This document shows, piece by piece, positions 51,558 to 62,916 of a DNA stretch of 64,000 nucleotides. The notes under the pieces were generated by a model. It was given only the letters and a program-made list of their open reading frames with translations, searched no databases and had not been told where the DNA came from. A program made the position numbers and the translations under genes. This DNA comes from Vicugna vicugna (Eukaryota): NCBI GenBank assembly GCA_013265495.1, contig MU061904.1, forward strand, positions 5,084,001 through 5,148,000, written 5' to 3'. Every line of letters starts with the position of its first letter. The first letter of the stretch is position 1.

Positions 51558-52509
51558 CTTTATTAAAAATAAAAAAGGATTATTCATTGTCAATCCAAAC
51601 AAATAATTCTAAACATTTCTGGTCTGGAAGAAAGCTCTGGAAAAGGAAGCACTAGCTAGACTGCATTTAAAATTACTCATTATCTTATATAAATAATTCT
51701 TTTGCTCTTTCATGACTGGAACTGCTATGGTTTGTTCACCAAAGAAAAATCTACAAGACTAAACATTGGTGAATATATTGCTCACTGATTATTTAAAATA
51801 GGGGGGAAAGGCTATTTTTCAGTCTGTGGATATAATTACCTATAATACTCATTACAATGATGCCAAACTGCTAGAGAACAAAAAGTCACGTTTAGTGAAG
51901 AAAGGAGAAAAATCAGGTAATCAACATTTTAATATGCTTTCTTAGTAATATATTTTCTGAACAACTGAATATATATTTTCTGAGAACTACTAGGAAATTA
52001 TTCATTCACAAGATTTTCCTACAGTGCAATCCTTTCCTGTCTCATTATATGAGCTCTGACTACATCAAAGTATTCATTAATTTCCATAGCAATCTTACAC
52101 TAGCAACACATTTCTGATAGTAGTTTTTTATTAAAAAAAAAACATTTCAACACATTTGGGATAGGAGACGTAACGATGCTTGACTTTTATTTACTTTCTT
52201 TTGGTTAAAATGTTATTTTTCAGTTTCATTGCCTTTCAAAGCAACTATTTCAAGGTAACTGTCATCTGTATATACCTAAATGATAAATAATCACAGAATA
52301 TGAACCCATATAATTTTTCATCAAAATGTCACACTCAATTTAATATCCCTTTGTAATTTCTGGGGAATATGATGGTCTGATTCTAGATTTCCCCCCTACT
52401 AAGACAGAAATCCATCATGTCCCACCATCATCCAACTGATAACTGTAGTATCTAGGATTACCTTCAAGATGTACCATGAGAAGGAAGAGAGGGAGACATG
52501 CCAGGAAAC

Positions 52510-52880
52510 CTGTATTTACTGAGCCCTTACTAAGCACCGTACACTGTGCTTTCACAAATGCTGACTCATTTACTCCTCACGGAAACCATGGCCATGTTAT
52601 AGATGAGGAAACGGGCCCTGAGAGGCTCATGCACTTGCTCAAGATCATAGAAGAAAACAGATTGCCAACTTCTTACGACACACGTGTGAAAGGGCAGCTG
52701 GGTGTGTGCTCTTGCGTGCTTAGCTGAGGAACTCCCTTGTCCTCTCTTGTCTAGTACCTCATCAGTAAAATGGGGATACTAGTAATGCCTTCTGTATCCA
52801 CCTCGCCGAGTTGTGGAAATAAAAATGAGACCCCGCACACATGAGCACTTTGAAAACGGTGAAGTGCTACACATGGATCA
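52510..52880. mobile_element. Two MIR fragments in opposite orientations
   Basis: atagatgaggaaacgggccctgagagg, then cctcatcagtaaaatggggatactagtaat. Confidence 0.6.
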
Positions 52881-53394
52881 GTGGCCGTTGTTAGAAAAAT
52901 TATTGCTCTTTACTGCATGAACTTAACTGTCTGTTAAGATGAGACTTCAGGTTCAAAAGAACTTTCACGAGGACTGGGAGGTAATTTTCTCACTTCTGAG
53001 GATTCTGAGGAAGCGTGAGTGAGATGAAGGAAGGCATGCTTGATTTAAGGTGTACATTCTCTTGGGGTGCACTGAGGCGCTTGGGTGTGATACCAGGGAG
53101 GCTGTGGGGTTTCTCACCAGTGCTCTGCCTCTGTTGTGCAGGTGCAAAGCAGAGCGAGAAGGGTGGGGCGGGGGACACAGGTGTGAGATGGAGGGTCCCA
53201 GTGCACTCCCACGGACAATAGGGGTGTGAGTGGAAACAGCTGGACCAGTAAACGGGTGACTGGAATGAGCAGTCCCTTTTGGGGAGGTGGAGGGGACCTC
53301 AGCAGGGTCACTGCATATCACAGACTGGGAATATCTGTAGAACCTTGATGTAAGGACAGCAGTAAAAATACAAGAAAGAAACAATTTCACTCAC

Positions 53395-53511
53395 TTTTTT
53401 AATATCACATTCATCAAGGTGATTCTGAATAAACTGAACACTGGCTGTAAAGTCAGCAGAATTGAATTCATAGGGAATATTCCATCCTAACGGACCAAAT
53501 TTGCGTCGCTC
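53395..53511 (-). CDS. DNAH8: DNAH8 coding exon ([39 protein letters not shown])
   Basis: 117 nt; ttttaag|GAG and AAA|gtgagt; [16 protein letters not shown] dynein motif. Confidence 0.98.
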
Positions 53512-56500
53512 CTTAAAAACACCAAAGAAAAAGTACTGAGTGAGATTTTAAGATTGTATACAGCTGATTCCTTTTGAAAAATTATTATTAAGACATAAGG
53601 TACAGCACAATTAAGGTATGGTATCGAAATAAGTTGATGTTGTAAGAGAACAGTATAGGATTTTGGATATATTAACCATTAGGAATATTATTCCATGGCT
53701 CTAGAGCGAGATGGCTTAAAGAACAAATGTCCAAATCCTTGCCAAATTGTAATTATTTAGTTCAAAAAAGTCTAGGTCTCCAATGCCAGCTCCAAAAAAG
53801 TACAGTAGGTGCTCAATAATTATCTGTCGAATGAATTCATTTATTCTAAATTGGACTCTCGAAAGTTTCAAGTGTTAAACATAAGGGTTTGAACTTTTAT
53901 TTTTCAAGCTGAATAACTTACAGCACTCAAGAGCACTTAGACTCCCTGCTAGTTTCCCTGTGTAATGTTGCAGTTTCAGATTTTGAAAACTAAAAATTTT
54001 CTGCTTAAAACATGACACATCTGTCTTAAAACTTTCATAGTGCCCTCATTTGTTCTCTCCTACTAAACAGTGACTAACTGTTTCAAATTGCCAGATTCCC
54101 CATAAATAATCAAACTGGGCTTGTGTCCAAAGATTCAACTGCCTTGACATTCTGGAGACCATTTTAAAGGTATGTATGTGTTAGACCTGACATGTCCAGA
54201 CCCTGCTCATCTAGCAAATTATATAGACTAACCCAAATGTTACCGTATCATCAGCTTTCCCTGCCTCAGCACACAATCAGACTCTGAGGAAGGTCCAATT
54301 GCTTATTCGGGGTTAGCTCCTAGACCTCTTTGACCCTAGTGCCTCTCCATGTGGAGCGTAGAATCCAAATACATTTATGAGAAGATATAATTCTACTTCC
54401 CTATCTTTAAATGCATACTAACTTTTCTTTCTCTTTTACTTTTCCCAACCCAAAACACACACAGACACACAGAGTTTTCATGGCCATTCTGACACTTCTT
54501 ACTGCAGCTGTTCCATGCTTTAGATCCTGACTAATACTACCATTTAAAGGAAACTAAATGAATTTTAGTTTGGATAAATTCATGGACAGGTCAGAGAAGA
54601 AACTGAGAAAGTGAGGTTTAATTACTGATTTTTAGGATATGCTTTTACGATATTAAATAAACTGTCAAAATTAATTTGGGTCCAGACGTTCTGGCCCTGG
54701 GAGAGCAGACTGAGAGCATACAACCCTTCAAAAATGCAAACTAATATCACTACTTCTAGACCTGTTCTTCTTTAGGTTAGGTTGTCATGTATTAGACATT
54801 TGTATGATGTGCCTCCCACCCCTACCCCTTAGCTAATTAGATCAAAGGTGGATAACCAGTCCAAGAAGAGCCAGCAATATCCCTTCTCCCAAGGATTTGG
54901 ACTCAGGGTTCAGAACTGCTACCCTGAGCTTATCCTAGTCACAGCTTAATCTACACAGACTTCTGAACTCAGGAGCTACAAAGCACCGTCTTCTACCCTG
55001 AACACAGAAGATGAGAAGGACAGAGGGCTGGCCTTGACAGGAGGAGAGACAGGTGGTGTCATCCTCGGTGCAAGAAGGGGAACCTTAGCTCATAAAGATG
55101 TCAGCTTCTCTGGACGGCTTTCTGCCTCCTTGGCTCAGCATTCATGTTTGCCTTGATGTGTTTTTCTAGTTGTTTCACGTTGAAGCATTTGGTTCTGGTA
55201 CCAGATTTTGAAACTTGACAGCGAAAAACATTATCTCCCACTTTTGTCTCCCCTTTTGCACCTGCACCTTGGGAAGAGGATCATGATTATCTAATAAACA
55301 TCAGTTGATTATTATCAGAATGAAAGGCACCCTCCCTCTCACTCTCTGGATGTGGGGGTGTCAATTCCGAGGCTGACACAGGGTTTTGAATTTCTTGAGT
55401 GGATCCCGAAAAAAATTGAGTTGAGCCTCCTCCAGGTTAATGTAGGAGCAAGTGTGGGTTGGTGGCTGTTAACATAAAAATGCATTCAGCTAACCCCTGA
55501 GTCCCTGGAATTCCTTCCATTTTTAGGACTTCAAAGAGAAGAATGCTAACCATTTATGAATAAAATGCAAACGTTTTTCCATCTTTTAAAAATGGGAATC
55601 AACTCTAAAATATTTTTACCTATTTTTGACTTAGTTTTTAAAATTTTCTGTTCACCTAGACAAAAGACAGAATGAAGAACAACTCTTCCTTCCCAATCAC
55701 TGAAGCTGCTTAAATTGGCTCTATGGAAACACACCCATTTACACGCTCCTTAAAATGTGATCTTTGAAAATTGCCCTAATGCTGAGATTTGCTTCATTTT
55801 ATGGCATTTACTATCAATTTTTATTAAAACATTCACTTTTTAGGTTGGTTTGCTAAAGTCATAGACTGTTTATCTCCTTTTGGGGAAAAAGGATAAAATC
55901 TTTGTGGGTGCCTTTTCTTTCACAAATGAGGTCGTTTTACTCCTTGTGGGTTTTTTTGTTTTGTTTTGTTTTGGTACTCACTGATCCCTATAAGTGACAA
56001 AACAAAACAAAAACAAAAACACACCCCGAAATATCACCCTGGAATAATATCAAGTGAGACTTAAACCACTGGCACCTAAGAACTCATTTGGAAGCTCAAA
56101 AGCAGGGAGCTTTGCTAGAATTTGGAATATTTGGAATATTGAAAATCTTCAGCCTAGTTAGTACTTTTGAAACTGCAGGGCGAATCCTATGTGATATAAT
56201 GGAAAAATACTAGAATCAGTGTATTTTCAAGAAGTTTTAACCTAGTTGAGAAAAGAAGACTTGGAAACAAGAACAACATGATAGTAAATATAATTAATTG
56301 TCAAAATTTAACAGGTGATAAGCTTGGAGGAGACTTTCAATCAGAGGCTCCTAGGAAGAATGAAACTGAAGCTGGTTCTTCGAAAAGAAGGGAGAAAAGA
56401 ACCCCGGGCTTGGCGACGGTCACGAGCAACCAGGAATGCAAAGCTCAGGATTCACCCAGAAGGAGGCTGCAGGACAGGGTGCTGCAGCAGAGGAGAACCT

Positions 56501-57536
56501 CGGGTGAGCGGCTGAACCACACACCTGCGTGATGATTCAGGGATGGAACGTGGACAGATCTGAACGTCAGGAGAAAGAGCTAAAACCCAACTCAATGGAA
56601 GAGAGTGATTATCCATTATTAAGTTGGAGAGTAATGATTTTAGGAAAACTAGTCTACTCCCTACTGAATTTAACCAACAAGGAGCCTTCTTTTTACTCCA
56701 GAGAATATATAAAACACTGAACAACTAGTGAAATATGGAAAGCTTAAAATCCTCCTTAGAATACTGAGGAAAACTTGTTCAATGGAGTCATCATTTTAAT
56801 GATGTCAAAGCTATTTCCAGTTTTATGTTAGCATCTACCGCAGCCCAGCGGTCCTCCCCTCCCACAGTATGGTGCAGAATCACGCCAGTCCCACCTTCAA
56901 AACAAGGCTCTCTTTGGGGCATCACACCCTAGTTACCTAATAGCGGGAGCTAACATAGAATGAAAAATACAATCTATACCAGACAATATAAGGGAAACTT
57001 TGATAAGTAAAATTAATTAACAGAAATGGTCAGAACCACTGGGAAACACTATAGAGGCAAGTGTAAAAGATCTTTTAGAAAATCTGTATCATGTTATTGT
57101 AATTATTCCAAAGAGATTTGTGCTAAGAACTTTAAAATCACGCCTCCCCAAAGCAAGAATTGTATATAGATTATTCAATTTGAAGGAAGTGTTTGTCAAG
57201 GTTTAAACTTCAGAAAAAAGTGTCAGCGAAGTAAATGTTTTTCTGAATGAGGAACTGCTAACGGTGGCATTCCCTGAGCCCTGCAGATATGGCCATTTTT
57301 ATTTAATATTAAAACATTTTTAAGAGCCATGGTAAAATTTCCAAGTTTGCAGCTGCCACTGGGCCCTGAGAGCTCCTAAACAATGACTCTTGCGATGAAC
57401 CTCACAAAGTTGTGTAAAGGCCGTTAGAAAACCTCAAAATGTGGGCCTCAGTGTAGGGTCACCAGCCAAGGTGAGGAGGAGAAATATCCACACCAGAAAA
57501 GGGCATAAAAATGACTAAAGACACCTCCCTTAAGGG

Positions 57537-57673
57537 CAGTGGCTCTTTGGAGGTTATTCTCAATTCTCATTGCATATTACAATCACTTGGGAAGTTTTTA
57601 AAAGGACTGAGCGCCCCACCCCACTGCCTCCTCTGAGGGATTTGGGGGCCCAGGCACTGGCTGAGAACCACTG
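57537..57673. mobile_element. MER5B-like hAT fragment
   Basis: cagtggctct...tgcatattacaatcacttgggaag...gagaaccactg. Confidence 0.65.
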
Positions 57674-58789
57674 CTTAAGACGTTCACGGGTCCAGCGTGC
57701 TGCACTAACAGCGATCATCAACAGGAAAAAACCAGAAACCGTTATCGTGACCTTCTGCAGGAGGTGTTGGGAGGAGACTGCAAATGGAATGGTTGAGTTT
57801 CAAGGGACCAAGACTTTGGAAGAAGATATATTTAAAATTAGAATCCTGAAGGGTGAGTGGAGACTTGCTCTGAAGCCCAGAATGGTGCTATACTGGAGTT
57901 TCTTGGAAGCCACAGAGACAGAATACTGGGGCCAGAGGGAAGCTTCCCTCGAGAGTCATCGTCAAGACGATGCAGAAACGTTCTCAGGAAGCAGTGGACA
58001 AGTAAGCAGAGGCAGGAACCAGGTGCTGGGAACGACAGGCTCCCACGGAGAGGGCAGGAGGGCTGGCTGGCCAGGAGGACACATCACCCGACTGCAGTGA
58101 GAGCAGCCGCTGCTGCGGCAATTTCCTGGCCAATGTGGGTGTTCAGTCCTGGAGGAGAGGGGAGGGAGGCCAGGGGGGTTGGAGCCCGCAGAGCTTAGCG
58201 CAGCACTGGCTGGTGGGTCTATGCAAATTCCCATGGCGGCACTCGGGGCTCCTCCTCCTACTGGGTAAGCCTGCTTCCATCTCAACGACACCCTCCACCA
58301 CTCTCCTACCCAAGAAAGCTGTCCTTGACCAGCCAAATCTACTTCTCCTTCTCATGGGAAAGGAGAGGTGATCATTTTGTCCTCTGCAACAGGAGGAGGG
58401 TCCACAAGACACATGATGCCCTTGAACTGGGGTGAGTTGATGGCATGATGCCGAACCATGCTTCAGTAAGAGAAGTGCACGGGAGGGCAGGCGGGCGCTG
58501 GCTCTTTGACCACTAGTTTCTGCATTCTAATGTGTGATGAACTCCAGCAAGAACCCCTCCCAGAATACAGACACTTCAGATTATGTGACATGAACCAATG
58601 TACCCCCTTCTTTTTTTTCAGTCTGTGCAAGGACGAAGGTATATACATCATGTGTGTATAAAGCAAGGGATATCTGAGTTAATTTGGAGGGATCAATTAC
58701 TCAATCAACAAATCAGGTTTTTGGCTATCATGCCCAACACTAGAAAAATATGTCACGATCTGTCAAATTCAGAACGGTCCTTCCCATAG

Positions 58790-58937
58790 CAGTTGTGTCT
58801 TGAACTCTAATGTGTGCATGAATCACTTGGGCATCTTATTACAATGCAGATTCTGATTCAGCAGGTCTGGGGTGGAGCCTGAGATACATCGCTTACAAGT
58901 TCCCAGGTGATATGGATGCTGCTGACCCAGGACCACA
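58790..58937. mobile_element. MER5A-like hAT element
   Basis: gaatcacttgggcatcttattacaatgcagattctgattcagcaggtctggggtggagcctgaga. Confidence 0.8.
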
Positions 58938-60419
58938 AGCCCCTAAAGAATTCTGGATTTTTCTATCAAATTGGCTCTGTCCTAACCAAGAAAAGAATAC
59001 ATGTAGGCACTACCACAGAAAACATCTCTGAAATTGAAGAAAACACAACAGGGGAAAACATGCTTGGATGATCTATATTCCCTGTGTAGTCACAGAACTG
59101 GATAACAGAATTTTAGAAATGGGAAAAATCTTGGACGGTCACCTCTTTCTGCCTCTAAACACGCCGAAGGGGAAACAGAGGTCCTGAGAGGGACATACCT
59201 TGACCAACCTTACGTAGCTAGTTGATTTCACAGCAAGTCTCAAGTCCAGGCCTCCTGACTCTCCATGAAGTGCTCTTTCTAACACACTACAGTGGGATTT
59301 TAAGAGATCTTCAACCTCTATTTTTATTTCCATAGACATGCCACGGTTAGCTTCACAGCACTAACAGTGGAAATTTTTTTTTTCTCTTTTAACCCCAATA
59401 CAAGTCCTTTAAGTGCAAGCATGCTTTGGCCCCACGACTGGACCATGGTCCTGTTGTTCTTTTTTTGAGCACTTGGATAATGGCCATTAAAAACACAGGT
59501 TGCCATGTTGACCATACGGAAAATACCCCCAATTGTCCTCCATAATAAGCACAGTGGAAGAGTTGAATCATCACTACTAGGAAAAGAATCATAAAATTTA
59601 TTATTTGTGAATTGGGCATTAAATAGCAGACTTAAAACAATATTTGTATTAGAGTGTGATAAGGTCTAGCAAAGCCAACAATTCCCAGATAAGAATGTAT
59701 GAAATTGGCTTCAGGGACTTGAAAGCTGTAATTTACAATGCAAAGGCCACAATGGAACTTGGTAAAAATAACCACCTGCAAAGTGTTTGGCCTGATTTTA
59801 ACTCTCTCAGGGTTGGGGGACAGATAAAATACCAGCTGTCCCCTCTACACAGTCTTCTCTGTTGAGCAGCATAGACCCTGGTAAAATGACTGGGACAATG
59901 AACCTGATGGTAAATATGTCCAGAATTTTCTGGGTTGGGCACCAATTTCCTCTCTACTTTTGGGCAGGCCAGGGAAAGACGAGACCAAGCTCTGCTGGCC
60001 AATGTGCTCAGTTAAGCATGACTCCTGGTTCCAGCCAGTTAGTTCATTTTTATCCTCACTCCATCCTCAGGGAAAGAAGAAATGTAGGAAAGAGTTAAGG
60101 GAGTCCCTTCACCTCTCTGTGAAATCAAGGAGTGAATCAAGTACATGAAAATTCTATAGCTTTCAGACACAGAACAAAATATAAAATTCAACTATAGAAC
60201 AAAACAATACCAAAATGAAGAAAACGCCCATAGAGACGTTGCTAGGCAGCCATAACATTATTAAATGACTATATAAATACATGGTAAAAGCAACAAATTT
60301 TTTTTTAAAGAAAACAACCTGAAAAACACAGGTGACCCCTGTGATTCCTCTTCCTACCACCACCACCACTGCCATGTTCACTAGAGGGGAGACGGTCAAA
60401 ACATACTTCCCTCTGAGGC

Positions 60420-60580
60420 AGGCAAGCTGGGGCTTAACTCCTACCTAGGCTTCCCAAGTGAACTGGACCTCTCTGAGTCTCAGTCTCCTCCCTTTAAAAA
60501 TGGTGATAAATCCTACCTGGAAAGGTGGTTGTTAGTACTACATGAGATGGTGTACATAACATTCCTGGTCAGCACAGGCA
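60420..60580 (+). mobile_element. MIR SINE
   Basis: ctctctgagtctcagtctcctccctttaaaaatggtgataaa...catgagatggtgtacataacattcctgg. Confidence 0.6.
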
Positions 60581-60919
60581 TTTTCAAGACCAAGCTCCTA
60601 CCGTAATAATCCGTTTGCTCATCCCACAAATATTTACTGAGCTCTTACCATGCCCCAGCTGCTGCTGTGACAGGGGGAGATCCAGCTGTCACAAAAAGTC
60701 TCTGTCCTGGAGAATCTTACAGCTCTAGTGGCCAGGGTGGGGGTCGGGGGCAGGGGGACACATAAAATACATGAACAAATGTGTGTATCCTGTGCCAGGT
60801 GGGGAAAAGTGCCATGAAGGAAACAAAAAAGCAAGGTGAGGAGAGCAGACAGTGCAGTGGAGAGGCCAACGTAACGTTATCAGCATCCTTTAAACGTGCA
60901 AACTGCTCTCAGAAGTTAC

Positions 60920-61075
60920 CTGCACAGTGGAGTGTAAAAAGGCTACAGTGTAGAGCATTGGCTTCCACATGGGTAAATTACTGACATCCAGAAGGTCTTG
61001 GTTAATCCCTGCAAAAGTTCTTTTCAAACCTGCGCGAACTCCTTGGGGTGGCTCGTTAGTGAATTTGAGAGAGGT
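60920..61075 (-). CDS. DNAH8: DNAH8 coding exon ([23 protein letters not shown]...[12 protein letters not shown])
   Basis: 156 nt; atgacag|ACC and CAG|gtaact; KFTNEPPQG motif of AAA6. Confidence 0.97.
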
Positions 61076-61448
61076 CTGTCATAAAAAGCAAACAGTAGTT
61101 TTGTTTCTGTAAATTACTGTTAAGGATAAAATAGAAATTACAATACATCAGACAACAAAATTGTTGGTTACGGTACATAAAATGGGCACTGTGTAAGCTA
61201 ACTGCATTGATCAGAGCTGAAACCCAATAAATTAATAATGAGTCTTAAAACTCTTCTGTGGGAATATTTACTATTATAATCTTGATAATTACAGTCAAGA
61301 TTTTGATGATAATGGTATAAGGCTTTGCAATGCAGACTCTACTGGACCAAAAAGATGTTAACGTTTTCCAACATTTCAATAATGCCAATTAGGCCATCTT
61401 TATTTGTATAACTCTCAAGGAATAGACACTGGTCTCACAGTAACAAAC

Positions 61449-61601
61449 CTGAAGCAATGTAATCGGAAACCGATCGTGGGGCTCAGTAGTTATCCACACT
61501 CGGAAAGTGTCATCACTGGCTTCCGTCGTAGTTAATGTGTCTAGCAACTCTTCCATGAATTCTAGGCCAAGGTGACAATTTTGCAGTAATACCCAGCCAC
61601 C
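61449..61601 (-). CDS. DNAH8: DNAH8 coding exon ([20 protein letters not shown]...[19 protein letters not shown]); first DNAH8 exon in the window
   Basis: 153 nt; aatacag|GGT and CAG|gtttgt; WVLLQNCHL and FRVWITTEP motifs of AAA6. Confidence 0.97.
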
Positions 61602-62039
61602 CTGTATTCAAAAATGATTTCATATTAATTTCTTGTAACTTTTCTTGCTACAGTTTTAATAAAACAAAATGTACAAACAAAATTTTTTAAACTTTTGCTC
61701 AGGGCATGTGAATACTCTGTTTCAAGCACACATTTTCAATAAAATTATTGTATGTCAGTACAATCATTGTTTTTCTGCCACTGGTAAAGCTGGTTACTTG
61801 GAATCTAATGGGTTCAAAATGATCATATTCTGCCACCCCTGGTTCAGAAGGGAACAGAAGTTAAAACCTGAAGTCAGATTTGTTTAAGTACAGTGTGTGC
61901 ACCATCTAATGGTGGGAATGGGTATTTTGGAATTTGTAACAGGTCATTCTGCCTAAGGTAAATCAAAAGGGACTCACCCCAAAACCAAGATATCCACTGT
62001 TATAAAAAGAGATAGACATTATCTCCTAAAAGGTGGAGG

Positions 62040-62534
62040 TATTGATGAAAATTCAACTAACAATTAACTTAGGAAGAAAAGAGAGAATTTTACTTGAGCC
62101 AAACAGGATTATAACCTGGTAGACACACTCAGAAGCTCTGAGAACTGTTCCGCCTGTTACAAGTCAAAGGCACAGTCATATACAATTTCAAGACAAAGGA
62201 TCATACATCAAAGTGACATGCTGACATTTTACACAAAGTTCACCAAAGACACACAGTTCAGAGTATGCACAAAGTGAACAAGTCACCGTGACCCTCTACT
62301 GAGTTGGGAAAGAATGCCAATCTTTTAAGAAGCTACACTGCTAGCATCGGAAGAAAGGGGCAAAAAAATGATCTCTGCGGTCGAGCAGGCATTCCCACCT
62401 TCAAGGAGGTCTGGTTAATGTATAACACAGATGCACACTAAAAGGGGAGAGAGGAGGCCCAAATGGGCAGAGAAGAGAGAACTTTATGTTTAAATTTTCT
62501 TCTCCTACCTTAAAATATAAATTTTATTTCACCA
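62040..62534 (-). mobile_element. Solo LTR, ERV1-like, in the same orientation as DNAH8
   Basis: 495 bp bounded by a GAGG direct repeat (62036-62039, 62535-62538); minus strand starts TGGTGAAATAAAA and ends ...catcaata (degenerate CA); AGTAAA about 50 nt from the 3' end; a 4-bp TSD is typical of ERV1. Confidence 0.75.
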
Positions 62535-62779
62535 GAGGCAATGCATTTGGTGACATTTGCTACCATAACACTAAACCTTACTCTGTCGTCACTCCTCCCA
62601 TACATCCTTGGAACCACAAAACTCACTAACCACTTTCTAAATATTTGATAAAGCTTTCTTTAACAATATAAGTCACACAACCATCACTGCTCTATAAGAA
62701 CATAAATTATTATCCAGACAAGATTTTGATATCCTCATATAAATGAGATCACATAAGTACAATTACCAAGTATTGAGCG

Positions 62780-62836
62780 CTCTCTCTCTATATATATATA
62801 TGTATACAATTAACTTAGGAAGAAAAGAGAGAATTT

Positions 62837-62912
<76 letters not shown>
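62780..62912. repeat. (CT)n(TA)n - 33-bp insert - (TA)n(GA)n compound microsatellite
   Basis: Read directly. Confidence 0.95.

Positions 62913-62916
<4 letters not shown>

Noticed and set aside
52510-52880. Inverted MIR pair as a possible miRNA hairpin
   Set aside because: Arms too diverged for convincing pairing by eye
56278-56532. Plus-strand exon-like segment (aacag|GTGATAAG...cctcgg|gtgagc) antisense to DNAH8
   Set aside because: The acceptor lacks a pyrimidine tract and the peptide resembles no known protein
57570-58100. 176-aa plus-strand ORF
   Set aside because: Begins inside a MER5B-like element at a non-ATG codon; no domain recognised
59499-59512. RFX X-box-like GTTGCCATGTTGAC in a ciliary gene
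   Set aside because: Two mismatches to consensus and deep in a 3' intron, far from the promoter
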